Shown here: in pieces, positions 27,348 to 36,988 of the stretch
How positions within the stretch are numbered: position 1 is the first letter of the stretch
How the letters are laid out: each line of letters opens with the position of its first letter
Source of the DNA: Candidatus Amesbacteria bacterium
GTDB lineage: Bacteria > Patescibacteriota > Microgenomatia > CAZETR01 > Amesbacteraceae
Assembly (NCBI GenBank): GCA_027371535.1
Contig: DAHXMV010000001.1
Span: forward strand, 32,879 to 96,878
DNA: 64,000 nucleotides
Direction of reading: 5' to 3'
Notes under the pieces: generated by a model
The model's database searches: none
The model's input: the letters and a program-made list of their open reading frames with translations, nothing else
What the model was told of the DNA's origin: nothing
Made by a program: the position numbers and the translations under genes

Positions 27348-29045
27348 TCAATGCAAGGCGGAAGAATCCGGCGGGATCTGAAAATATCTGAATAACTTTT
27401 CGGCGATCCCGAACCATAAGGGAGCGGCAGTAGTGCTTCCCCAGGGTGATGATTGAGGATGATTCAAAGTTACCAGCATCGTGAACTTGGGGTTGGCAGC
27501 CGGGGCAAAACCAATAAAGGAGGCAATGAATTTATCGGGGTCGTAGTGTCCGGCAATCGGTATCTGGGCGGTTCCGGTCTTTGCGGCGACAGAAAACCCG
27601 GGTACCCGATAATATCTGACCTCGCCGTGATTAACCGCATTGACCATCATCCGGGTCATAAGAGCGGCAGCTTCGGCAGAGATAACCTTTTTAGCTTTAA
27701 CCGGCGGAAAAAGCTTAATCTTACCGTCGACTTCCGTGCCTATAGCCACCCGTGGGGGAATCAGTTGGCCGCCGTTGGCTATGGCATTGACGGCGGTCAC
27801 CATTTGCAGGCGGGTAACGGCGATGCCCTGGCCGAAAGCGGCTGTAGCCCAATCAATGTCGTACCACTGGTTGTCAGGTCTTAATACCGGGGTGCTTTCT
27901 TCCTGCAAATCCACACCGGTGAGCTGTCCGAAGCCGAATTTTCTGATATAGGCAAGCATTTTTTCCTTTCCCAGTTTCCGGCTGACAAAAACCATGCCAA
28001 TATTGTCCGAATGCAAAATCACGTCACTCATATTACAGCCCGGGTAGTAAACATTATTGTAGCTTCTGAGATAGTCACCGGATATTTGTACCGGACCGGA
28101 ACAGATTTCACAGATAGTCTGGGGAGTAACCGCTCCGGCGTCCAACGCTGAGGACATGACAATCGTTTTAAAAGTCGATCCGGGTTCATAACCCTCGGAT
28201 ACGATGGGATTTTTATAGATATCGGGCGGGTAATCGGTGAAATGACCGGGATCATATCCGGGTAAACTGACCATGGCCAGTAAATGGCCGGTTTTGCTGT
28301 CCATAACCGTCACAGTACCGGATTTGGCCTGATATTTGACCAAACCAGCTTCAAGCTGTTTAAAAACGATGTATTCGACAGAGCGGTCGACGGAAGTGAT
28401 AAGATTTTGACCGGGCTGAGGAGGGATGATATTCTGATCACCGATTACAATGGGCCGGTTATATGCATCCAGCTGCTGGTTAAGCTTTCCCGGTTTTCCG
28501 GACAGGATCCGATCCCAATAGCCTTCCAGACCGAAATATCCCTGCATATCTCCCGTTTCGTTTTTACCTACAAAACCGGTAAAATAGGCACTCGGGCTGC
28601 CTTCCGGGTAAATCCGGTCCTGTTCTTCTTCAAAACCCAGGCCAGGAACCTGAAGTTGTTCAATCCTGGCTTTAGTATCAGGACTGAGGCCATGGGCAAT
28701 GGGGAGCCAGTTGAGAGGCAGACCCCGATTTTCGGTGATAATTTTCTGAGCACCTGATGTAGCCGGGAGCAGATCAAACAATTTTTTAGAAATATCCGCA
28801 TCAAGACGGAAAACGTGGGGATCGATAAAGGCTAAATATTTTTGGCTGTTAGTAACCAGAGGGAAGCCGTCCGCACTTCTGATTTCTCCCCTGGGGGCGG
28901 GGATAATATCCGAACTTCCGTACTGCGCCCGCGCATCTTTTTCCAATTCTGGATTTTTAATGACCTGCCAGTAAAAAAGCCTGATGACAAGAAACAGAAA
29001 CCAGCCTACAAACAACAGTTTTATCCACTGCAACCGACGGTTCAT
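27348..29045 (-). CDS. ftsI: Class B penicillin-binding protein (FtsI-like)
   Basis: RGEI, R.YP, GLEG, EPGSTFK, SDN, KTGT; follows ftsL. Confidence 0.9.
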   Translation of the reverse strand: MNRRLQWIKLLFVGWFLFLVIRLFYWQVIKNPELEKDARAQYGSSDIIPAPRGEIRSADGFPLVTNSQKYLAFIDPHVFRLDADISKKLFDLLPATSGAQKIITENRGLPLNWLPIAHGLSPDTKARIEQLQVPGLGFEEEQDRIYPEGSPSAYFTGFVGKNETGDMQGYFGLEGYWDRILSGKPGKLNQQLDAYNRPIVIGDQNIIPPQPGQNLITSVDRSVEYIVFKQLEAGLVKYQAKSGTVTVMDSKTGHLLAMVSLPGYDPGHFTDYPPDIYKNPIVSEGYEPGSTFKTIVMSSALDAGAVTPQTICEICSGPVQISGDYLRSYNNVYYPGCNMSDVILHSDNIGMVFVSRKLGKEKMLAYIRKFGFGQLTGVDLQEESTPVLRPDNQWYDIDWATAAFGQGIAVTRLQMVTAVNAIANGGQLIPPRVAIGTEVDGKIKLFPPVKAKKVISAEAAALMTRMMVNAVNHGEVRYYRVPGFSVAAKTGTAQIPIAGHYDPDKFIASFIGFAPAANPKFTMLVTLNHPQSSPWGSTTAAPLWFGIAEKLFRYFQIPPDSSALH

Positions 29046-29326
29046 GGCTTGGTAAACAATGAAGCGACCGTCACAGATCCCAAATTTTCAATGACAGCCG
29101 GAACCATATGCCGGGACTGGGCAAAATCCTGAATACTGGCAATAGAGGTATGAAGATAAATTTGGGCCTGCAGTTCCCGGTTTTGGGAATTCAACCGGTT
29201 TATTTTGGAATCCAGATCGGTTATACGATCACCATCCGACGACCGGATACTGGAAATATATACCTGCAATAAGAGCAGTACGGCGATGCCGATATAGGTA
29301 TATAAAGTGAGTTTATTTTTAAACAT
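29042..29326 (-). CDS. ftsL: FtsL-like small coiled-coil membrane protein
   Basis: TM plus leucine-zipper-like coil; lies between rsmH and ftsI; start reassigned to MFKNK. Confidence 0.7.
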   Translation of the reverse strand: MFKNKLTLYTYIGIAVLLLLQVYISSIRSSDGDRITDLDSKINRLNSQNRELQAQIYLHTSIASIQDFAQSRHMVPAVIENLGSVTVASLFTKP

Positions 29327-30149
29327 ATTTTTTCTGAAAAACACGCAGTTTGGCACTTTGGGATTTGGGATTTTGACCAATTTCCAGCATATCCGGGATA
29401 ACCGGCCCGGATGTCAGATTTGTACCCAAATTCTGGAATTTCCATTTTTTAAAGGTTTGTTTTACCAGACGATCTTCGAGTGAATGAAAGCTGATCACCA
29501 ACAACCTGCCGCCGGGGCGTAAAAGTTCCAGAGCCTGCGGAAGAGCCGTTTCCAAAGCCCCCAATTCGTCATTGACGGCAATTCTTAACGCCTGGAACAC
29601 GCGGCGTCTGGACGGGGCCGGCAAAATCGCAGCCAACTCCAGGGTAGTGGACAGAGGCCGGTGTCTGGTAATTTGACCGGCAATCCGGCCAGCCTGCCGT
29701 TCCCCGCCAAAATCAGCAATAATTTTAGCCAGGTCTCTGGCCGGTAGTCCGTTTACCAAATCACCCGCGGTTACCGGAATTGTAGGATCCATACGCATAT
29801 CCAGAGGGCCGTCTACCTGAAAAGAAAAACCCCGCGAGGCGGTTGTCAGCTGGTGCCAGGAAACCCCCAGATCAAATAAGATACCGGATACCGGGGGCCA
29901 GTGATTTTTACCAGCCACTTCCAAAAGATGGATGAAATTGGACCGGACCTTGATCAAATGATCCGAATCAGGGCAGGCTGACAAAGCCTCCGGATCCTGG
30001 TCAAGGCCCAGCACCCAACCGCCACCGGCCAATATTGGGGCAGTATGTCCGCCTCCGCCCAAAGTGGCATCGATATAATAATTATCGGGTTTGACTTCCA
30101 TATAAGTGCCAACCGGTTGTAAAAGTACGGGAATGTGATATCCGTCCAT
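29319..30149 (-). CDS. rsmH: 16S rRNA m4C1402 methyltransferase
   Basis: HIPVLL, DATLGGGGH, DLGVS, PLDMRMD, FQALRIAVNDEL, ISFHSLEDR; start reassigned to MDGYH. Confidence 0.95.
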   Translation of the reverse strand: MDGYHIPVLLQPVGTYMEVKPDNYYIDATLGGGGHTAPILAGGGWVLGLDQDPEALSACPDSDHLIKVRSNFIHLLEVAGKNHWPPVSGILFDLGVSWHQLTTASRGFSFQVDGPLDMRMDPTIPVTAGDLVNGLPARDLAKIIADFGGERQAGRIAGQITRHRPLSTTLELAAILPAPSRRRVFQALRIAVNDELGALETALPQALELLRPGGRLLVISFHSLEDRLVKQTFKKWKFQNLGTNLTSGPVIPDMLEIGQNPKSQSAKLRVFQKKYV

Positions 30150-30150
30150 G

Positions 30151-30582
30151 TTAAATTCCGGTAGACGAGAGCTTTTCAGCGATCTCCTCCCTCTTGGAAT
30201 TAATCCGGGCGGAATATAAATCAAATCTCTGTTTGTCCCAGATTTCTATCCGGTCCAGGCTGCCGGCAACTACGCAATCTGTTTTCACCCCGGCGAAATT
30301 CTTTAAATAATCCGGGATCAAAATCCGGCCCAAATGATCAATTTCCACTTCCGTGGCGCCAAAGCTCAGACTCCGGGTGAAAGACCGGGCATCCGCCTGG
30401 GTAAGCGGCAACTGATTCAATTTGGCTACCAAACGATCCCAGACATCTTTGGGATATAAAAAAAGACAACCGTCCAGGCCCTGGCTTAAAACTGCCCCGT
30501 TCTCCAACTGGGACCGGAATTTCTTGGGGACGGATAGGCGCCCTTTTTCTTCAAGATGATGTTCATATTGACCTATAAACAT
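30151..30582 (-). CDS. mraZ: Transcriptional regulator MraZ
   Basis: MFIGQY, KGRLSVPKKFR, GLDGCL, GRILIP, RIEIW. Confidence 0.96.
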   Translation of the reverse strand: MFIGQYEHHLEEKGRLSVPKKFRSQLENGAVLSQGLDGCLFLYPKDVWDRLVAKLNQLPLTQADARSFTRSLSFGATEVEIDHLGRILIPDYLKNFAGVKTDCVVAGSLDRIEIWDKQRFDLYSARINSKREEIAEKLSSTGI

Positions 30583-30589
30583 AGAGATT

Positions 30590-30616
30590 TACCACTTTAT
30601 ACCACTTTGTACCACT
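30590..30616 (-). promoter_or_regulatory. MraZ operator: three AGTGGT boxes at 10-bp spacing
   Basis: ACCACT on + at 30591, 30601 and 30611, just upstream of mraZ; matches known GTGG-N6 MraZ repeats; TTGACA -35 on - at 30642-30637. Confidence 0.85.
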
Positions 30617-30702
30617 ATTACTTATTTTCACGGACGTGTCAAGACCAAGTTAATACGAAACATCGGGAATTCTTACTGTCGGGAAAACTTAAAAATTACA
30701 AA

Positions 30703-31200
30703 TTACTGCTGGGGAGTGAGGGAGACAGTCTTGCCCGGGGTGACGGTAAATGGATAGGTGGCGGTATAGATGGAATAACCGGCATCATTTCTCAAAGTTA
30801 ATTCCATGGTCGCGTTCTGTATATTGGTATGATAGGTAAAATGTCCGCTGCTCTCGCTGCCTAAAAGCTGTTTATAGGAATAGGTATCATTACCCCCGAG
30901 ACTGGATGAACCCGAAACACCGGTATTTATCTGATTATTTTTAACAGTTGCATCATAAACAATGTTGTATTCCAATTTGGCGGCGTGAATTTTGGTGATG
31001 TTTACAGTGACGTAATGACCATCAGAAGAAAAAGTCAGGGAAGCCGCCGGAGCCTGATTGGGAGGCAGCTGGGCCACCTGGGAGGGAGCCAAAGTCGGGG
31101 TGGGGGCAGTCGGGGCGGAGGCAGGATGCCGGGTGCCGACAAAAATACCGCCGGCGATAAGAACCAGTAAAACACCGACGACAATAAATTGTGTTTTCAT
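30703..31200 (-). CDS. Membrane-anchored hypothetical protein with Pro/Thr linker
   Basis: N-terminal TM, APTAPTPT linker, beta-rich domain with LLGSESSG. Confidence 0.75.
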   Translation of the reverse strand: MKTQFIVVGVLLVLIAGGIFVGTRHPASAPTAPTPTLAPSQVAQLPPNQAPAASLTFSSDGHYVTVNITKIHAAKLEYNIVYDATVKNNQINTGVSGSSSLGGNDTYSYKQLLGSESSGHFTYHTNIQNATMELTLRNDAGYSIYTATYPFTVTPGKTVSLTPQQ

Positions 31201-31204
31201 AACT

Positions 31205-32452
31205 TTACTTTAACTTTTCTGTAAAATAACTGTCAAGCTCGGAAATTGGCATTCTGATCTGGCCGGCCGTATTCCGGTCCCTTACCGTCACAGTATTATC
31301 CTCCAAAGACTGAAAATCGACGGTGAGACACCAGGGGGTGCCGATTTCGTCCTGGGAATAATAACGCTTGCCGATATTGCCCCGGTCATCCCAGACCGTT
31401 TTAAACAAGGGCTTTAAATGTTCATATAGCCCTTTGGCTTTGATAACCAGATCGGGTTTATTGGCCAACAACGGGAAGACGGCAATTTTGTAAGGAGCGA
31501 TCCGGGGACTGAGTTTCAAAATTATCCTGTCACCGTCTTCGGTATAGGCGTCTGCGAGCAGGAACAGAAAAGTCCGGTCAACCCCGCCGGAAGTTTCCAC
31601 AATCCAGGGGATCAGACCCTCGAATGTCAAATCCTGGCCGCTGAACTGGCTATGCCTAGACAAATCCCAGTCCTGACGCCAGTGGATACCTTCCATTTCC
31701 TGCCCGCGGTACTGGATATCAAAGGCCTTTTTGGCGTAGAAAGCCAGTTTTTCGTGCTGATGAAAGCTCAAATTATCAGGATGAGTGAAGAGCCCGGAGT
31801 ACCAATCCATTCTGGCTTGTTTCCAGTAGTCATACCATTTGTCCATTTCTTCCGGTTTGGTAAACCACTGCAAATCCCATTGTTCAAACTCTCTTAAGCG
31901 GAAGAGAAAGTTGCCATATGTCACCTCGTTCCGGAAAGCCTTACCGATCTGGACGATACCAAACGGCAGTTTGACCCGGGTCGAATTGACTACATTTTTG
32001 AAGTTTAAATAGATAGTCTGGCAGGCCTCACCCCGGAGATAGGTTTTAACCTTTTCATCTTCGATAATTCCAAGTTCTGTGGGAACCAAAGTATTGAAGT
32101 TTTTGGGCTCGGTCAATTCGCCTCCGCAGTCAGGACAAAGCTGGCCCGTTACATCATCGGCCTTAAAGCGGTGATGGCATTTTTTGCATTCGGTCAGCGG
32201 ATCTACAAAACCCTTGACATGCCCGCTGGCTTCCCAGACTTTGGGATGGGTAATTATTGCCCCGTCAATACCAACGATGTTGTCATGCTCCACGGTCATC
32301 CACCTCCACCAGAGACTTTTTAAGTTGTTTTTCATCTCCACCCCGAGGGGTCCATAATCATATATTCCGCCCACTCCGCCGTAAATTTCACTCCCGGGGA
32401 AGACAAATCCCCGTCTTTTACACAGAGCTACCACTTTTTCCATTACATCCAT
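31205..32452 (-). CDS. glyQS: Glycyl-tRNA synthetase, alpha2 (homodimeric) type
   Basis: KRRGF, EIYGG, DYGPLG, ASGH, QIGKAFRNE, IGKRY..QDEIGTP; start moved to MDVME because the upstream ATG overlaps a TATAAT box. Confidence 0.93.
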   Translation of the reverse strand: MDVMEKVVALCKRRGFVFPGSEIYGGVGGIYDYGPLGVEMKNNLKSLWWRWMTVEHDNIVGIDGAIITHPKVWEASGHVKGFVDPLTECKKCHHRFKADDVTGQLCPDCGGELTEPKNFNTLVPTELGIIEDEKVKTYLRGEACQTIYLNFKNVVNSTRVKLPFGIVQIGKAFRNEVTYGNFLFRLREFEQWDLQWFTKPEEMDKWYDYWKQARMDWYSGLFTHPDNLSFHQHEKLAFYAKKAFDIQYRGQEMEGIHWRQDWDLSRHSQFSGQDLTFEGLIPWIVETSGGVDRTFLFLLADAYTEDGDRIILKLSPRIAPYKIAVFPLLANKPDLVIKAKGLYEHLKPLFKTVWDDRGNIGKRYYSQDEIGTPWCLTVDFQSLEDNTVTVRDRNTAGQIRMPISELDSYFTEKLK

Positions 32453-32506
32453 ATTAAAAGTCATTATATTCCATCCAATAATATATTGTGCTACAATGCG
32501 TAACTT

Positions 32507-32692
32507 GTGGACAAACGCGAAACAAAAAATAGGGCAGATCGCAAATTACCATTGCCTGAGCAAAAAGGCAGTTCAGGTTTGATTGATTACCTGAAATTTT
32601 TAACTTATAACATAATTGTCTGGCGGAGAATTCAACAATTCCGTCATGATAATCAAATCAGCGAAGAGGATCTGAAAGATGCCGACGAATAA
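32507..32692 (+). CDS. Small hypothetical protein (61 aa)
   Basis: Fills the intergenic gap; extended -10 TGcTACAAT (32489-32497) lies 9 nt before the GTG. Confidence 0.5.
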   Translation: MDKRETKNRADRKLPLPEQKGSSGLIDYLKFLTYNIIVWRRIQQFRHDNQISEEDLKDADE

Positions 32693-32707
32693 AGCGAAGA
32701 ATCTGAA

Positions 32708-35700
32708 TCAGTATACCGGTTCGTAGACAATTTTACGGCGCAGACCGATATCCCGGAGGATTCTGATCAGACGCGGATTGTAGTGCACAAATTCCGCCGG
32801 ATACGGACCTTTGCTGGTACGGTTTAGGTTAATCCCCTGTCTGGCGGCAATTGCCCCGTCAAACTTGATCTGGCTGACGGAGGTATTGACTGTAAATGCC
32901 CCGTCGGTATACAGGATGGCCGAGATATCCGCCGGGTATGCGGCCTGGGTAATATCATACTGGGGCGGAATACCGGTGGGGGTGGGAGTAATGGCCACTC
33001 CATTGCCCAAAGTAATACTTCCCTTTGAAAAAATAGCCAGGAAACCATCCGTGGCCGGATTTGTTTCGGTCATAGTGATTGACCCGCCGATGGTTACCGA
33101 TCCCTGGTCCACCAAAATAATAGCTTTGTTTTGACTTGGAGTAAGACTGGAAATGTCTAACGGGGCTCCGGGGTCTCCGATCGTGGCTCCGCCGGGATCA
33201 TTTATTTCTATCACATACACATTAAACTTCCCTGCCCCGTAATTGAAAGTCATGTAATGATTCGCACTATTGGCAGCAGTGATTGCCGCCTGCAGATCCG
33301 CCGTAGTTGCCAGGGTATTACCGGGCAACATATATGCCCCGCCGCTTTTGGACCGGGATTTGGCTCTTTCCTTCATCGAATCATAGGTATTTTCCGGTTT
33401 GTTGTTCATGAGGGTCCAGGGATTGGACCCGGAGAAGATCCAGTTCATGTTGTTAATAAAATCCGGACGGTTGACATTCACGCCGGTTGATCCGAAAGCA
33501 ATCCCCGGCAGGGGGACCAGCCCGGCCGGAGTCAGAGGCACCTCACCCGGCATGATCACCCAGGGCTGGAATGTGAGGTAAGCCGGAGATATGTTTTCAG
33601 TCAGCGGTCCACCGGCGGCCGTCACATCCCCTCCCTGAACTTCAAAATATGAAGAGTAGGCAGCACACTTGGCCCACACTCCTCCGGGAGGTGTCCGGAT
33701 GCTCTCCTGACAACCCACAGGATTGGAGCTTTTCAAAGCGCTCACACTATAACCGTATTGTGTTCCGCAGACTGCCAAAGCATCGGTCCAGTTGAATACT
33801 GCCGGTCCGGTAGTCGTTTTTACTGCCGGTGGATTGGAAATATCCGATCTGTAAACGTTAAAACCGGAGAGTCCCGCATCCCCGTCCACCCAAGATACCA
33901 GAATATGATTATTGGGTATATTACCATCATCTACCGCGGTCGCCGAACCCGGCGGGTTGGGAGCACAGGGTACCGTAACGGTAGTCCCGCCGATGTTGGT
34001 AGTGCCGGGGGTAGAGCAGGTGCTGTAATCTTTAATTTGCACCAGGTGGCTGCCACAGGTAAGACTCAGGTTATTCACGTAGTTGGTGACGACACCGGAC
34101 TTCACCGTAGATCCGTCAACCAATAGGTCATACGATCCGGCTCCGGCCACCGCCGGCCAACTGACATTTACTCCCTGGTCTGTCTGGGTACACCATATAG
34201 TCGCAGTCGGGTTGGGCGGACCTACCTGGGAACAACACATCGCCGGTCCGCACCAATTACCGATGGCCTCCCCTGAGTCGTTATAAGCCCCGACTGTATA
34301 CATATACCAGGTATCCTGAACAGCTGAAGTGTCAGTATATGATGAGATATCGGGTCCGGTACTCGGCGTGCTAAAAAAACCAGGTGATCTGTACAAATGA
34401 AAACCGGTTTCATTATTGGAATTATCAGTCCAGGTGACATTCATGCTGCCCGTTGAACAGCTACATGAGACGTTACCGGGGGCAACAGGCGTACAGTTAT
34501 TTGCCGTTGTATATTCGGTGTTGCTATCGTGGGTTCCTTTACATGCGTTAGTAGATCTGATAAAGATCGAGTGGCTGCCAACTGCATATCCGGCATTATA
34601 TGCCGTAGTGTAGGGACTGACGGAGATAGCTCCCAAATCCATTCCATCGATCCATAAATGTGAAGCCCCCGAGGTATCCCCACTCCAGTTAATGGTAAAA
34701 GTCCCGCAGTTACCCGTCACATTAGAAATTGAGGGTGTGGAAACGTCATCATATACATCAACTTGTACCTGGTCATTGCTTCCGCAGTTTCCATATAATC
34801 CGTTCGGCCAAATTACCGTGGATGCCTGATTACCCGTGCACTTCCCCCCAGTTTTCGAAGCGGCATTCGATGTAAATAGGTAAGACCCGGCAGTATCAAG
34901 TGTTGTGGTCGCCGACAGACTATTTGAATTTGAATTACTTGCTAATGCCGGTGACCAGCTAGCTCCCTGGGTCAGGTCGGAGGTTGTGTTGGCATGGTAA
35001 ATACTTATAAACCCTATCCCCTCTGCAGCCGTTGAGCTGCCGTTTGCCATAACTGAACTTGCCCCTGTACAATTAGTTGTTGCTGTCACACTACTACCGG
35101 TGATAATGCATTTCTTGTCCACAGAAATAGAACATGTTGGCCATGGCGGATGACAGGACAACATTGGAGCCAAAGGGCCAGCACCGGGATAGCCTGTGTT
35201 CTGATCATTTGGCATTTGATAGAGAAGCGATCCACCATACATTGAACCATCGGGGGAGTTAAAAACCACATCAATCTGCTGAGGCGTAGGTCCGGTAGCG
35301 CCGTTATAACAATCATTGGTGTAATCCAGCTCAAAGTAATGCCAACCGGCTGTCACCTGAACATTAAATCTATGCTGGGCGCTAGTTTGACCATAACACC
35401 ATCCAGAACCCGAATGCTGCAAATTTATGACCGGAGCCGGGGTAGGATTAGTATTGGGGACCCGGTTGTCTATATAAACCTTCACTTCACCCCAACCGGA
35501 AAATTGGGGAGAAATCGCGAAGTTATAGTTGCCTGTTACATCAAAGTACATATACCCCTGCCATATTCCTCCGGTATTTCCACGACACATATACCTCGCA
35601 TCCGTCCCTTCATATAGCCATCCTGCTACATCTGTCGGGGTCCGGCAGTGATTCAGGCCGGGATTGGGACAGGTAAAATCATACCAGTTAAAAGCATTTG

Positions 35701-36241
35701 TAGCATTCCAGATTCCGGTCCACCTTAAAGTACAATAATGATAATCCGGCCCCACACACCCCTTACCGGATGAATCACCCCAGGTATAATAATTGTAATA
35801 AAGACCTTTGGGGTTGTCTTTCGGACAGGCGACTTTTTGGGTCAAATAGGAATTACACAAAAGCGGGTTACTGGAGCTGCCACCACCATTGGAGCTATTC
35901 GAGCAGCAACCTATAGTACCAGTATGTCGTGAACACACACCCCCGATATCGTCACAGCCATTATTATTGGTGGATCCCTGTGAAACTCCCTGGAAAGTTC
36001 CGTCACATGAAGTGGCTGTATTGTTACACGTAAACCAGCTATATTCGAGGTCGGTACAACCGCAAAAACCATTTTTATCGTATTGACAGTTCCAACAGGT
36101 GGATGCTCCATTCGTTCCTAAACAAGTATATGTGCCACATGGGCCGGCTTTAATTTTTTGAACAATTATTGCCGATGAAAGTATTAAAATCAAAAAAATA
36201 CCTAACCCTAACCAAAACTGTTTTCTAAAAGGCGACTTCAT
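32708..36241 (-). CDS. Large Cys-rich secreted/surface protein: Cys-rich N-domain, PA14-like domain, several FN3/Ig-like domains, beta-rich C-terminal domain
   Basis: Signal-like N-terminus; 12 Cys in about 80 aa; WQGY...TGNYNF...VYID...AGWHYFELDY (PA14-like); VTWTDNSNNETGF, VSWPAVAGAGSY, VSWVD...GFNVYRS (FN3-like); start reassigned to MKSPF. Confidence 0.8.
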   Translation of the reverse strand: MKSPFRKQFWLGLGIFLILILSSAIIVQKIKAGPCGTYTCLGTNGASTCWNCQYDKNGFCGCTDLEYSWFTCNNTATSCDGTFQGVSQGSTNNNGCDDIGGVCSRHTGTIGCCSNSSNGGGSSSNPLLCNSYLTQKVACPKDNPKGLYYNYYTWGDSSGKGCVGPDYHYCTLRWTGIWNATNAFNWYDFTCPNPGLNHCRTPTDVAGWLYEGTDARYMCRGNTGGIWQGYMYFDVTGNYNFAISPQFSGWGEVKVYIDNRVPNTNPTPAPVINLQHSGSGWCYGQTSAQHRFNVQVTAGWHYFELDYTNDCYNGATGPTPQQIDVVFNSPDGSMYGGSLLYQMPNDQNTGYPGAGPLAPMLSCHPPWPTCSISVDKKCIITGSSVTATTNCTGASSVMANGSSTAAEGIGFISIYHANTTSDLTQGASWSPALASNSNSNSLSATTTLDTAGSYLFTSNAASKTGGKCTGNQASTVIWPNGLYGNCGSNDQVQVDVYDDVSTPSISNVTGNCGTFTINWSGDTSGASHLWIDGMDLGAISVSPYTTAYNAGYAVGSHSIFIRSTNACKGTHDSNTEYTTANNCTPVAPGNVSCSCSTGSMNVTWTDNSNNETGFHLYRSPGFFSTPSTGPDISSYTDTSAVQDTWYMYTVGAYNDSGEAIGNWCGPAMCCSQVGPPNPTATIWCTQTDQGVNVSWPAVAGAGSYDLLVDGSTVKSGVVTNYVNNLSLTCGSHLVQIKDYSTCSTPGTTNIGGTTVTVPCAPNPPGSATAVDDGNIPNNHILVSWVDGDAGLSGFNVYRSDISNPPAVKTTTGPAVFNWTDALAVCGTQYGYSVSALKSSNPVGCQESIRTPPGGVWAKCAAYSSYFEVQGGDVTAAGGPLTENISPAYLTFQPWVIMPGEVPLTPAGLVPLPGIAFGSTGVNVNRPDFINNMNWIFSGSNPWTLMNNKPENTYDSMKERAKSRSKSGGAYMLPGNTLATTADLQAAITAANSANHYMTFNYGAGKFNVYVIEINDPGGATIGDPGAPLDISSLTPSQNKAIILVDQGSVTIGGSITMTETNPATDGFLAIFSKGSITLGNGVAITPTPTGIPPQYDITQAAYPADISAILYTDGAFTVNTSVSQIKFDGAIAARQGINLNRTSKGPYPAEFVHYNPRLIRILRDIGLRRKIVYEPVY

Positions 36242-36926
36242 GGTTTTTACTCGAATCCGCAAAACTAATCGGTATAATTATGCCAATATCCGGGTTACCG
36301 GAATTTATAAACTTGTCCATTTCGTTTTTGAAGCTCTGGTTATATTTAATTACCAACTGATTAACCGCAGACCGTATTGTCTGCCCATCTCCCCCCGATG
36401 CGACTGAGATTGTAGGTAACAATAGACCAACTGTTATTTCCTGCCCTTTTTTAGCACCGAAAAAATCTGGGTTGCCAGAAATCTGATTTTCTATTTCCTT
36501 TTCATTCCAGGTTATTGCATTTTTATAAGCAATATGGAACATCCTACCATCCTTAAGCTTCATCAATACTGGTATCAAAACCGAGACTTTCTTTTGTTCA
36601 GCATCGTAGTAATAGCCTCTAAAAGTTGCAAGGGCTGTCACTAATCTTTCACCCTCTTTTGTTTTTATCGGTATCGGTTCTCTTATCACTTTGCCGTCTG
36701 ACACTATGCGTAAAAAGAACATGTCCTGAAATTTATCTATGCCATTAAATCCATAATCTGTCCAGTTTTTACCAATATCCGTCTCCATTGTTATCTGTAC
36801 TGGGGGTGGAACAATAACATTTGTCTCTTTATGACTTAATTTCTTAAGTTTAAAGAAAAAAAACAAAATACCGCATAACATTAATACAAGCACAATCAAC
36901 AACATCACAACCACATAATTGCGCAT
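36225..36926 (-). CDS. Single-TM membrane-anchored hypothetical protein
   Basis: 233-aa ORF, N-terminal TM then a basic stretch and PPP linker; overlaps the start of the large gene. Confidence 0.75.
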   Translation of the reverse strand: MRNYVVVMLLIVLVLMLCGILFFFFKLKKLSHKETNVIVPPPVQITMETDIGKNWTDYGFNGIDKFQDMFFLRIVSDGKVIREPIPIKTKEGERLVTALATFRGYYYDAEQKKVSVLIPVLMKLKDGRMFHIAYKNAITWNEKEIENQISGNPDFFGAKKGQEITVGLLLPTISVASGGDGQTIRSAVNQLVIKYNQSFKNEMDKFINSGNPDIGIIIPISFADSSKNHEVAF

Positions 36927-36988
36927 ACAAGAGATAGTATTACAAATTTATCAATATGAGTCAACTTGATCAATCTTAAATATATCCC

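Noticed and set aside
30590-30616. 10-bp-period direct repeats as a novel element or mini-CRISPR
   Set aside because: Explained as the known MraZ operator; there are no spacers or cas genes.
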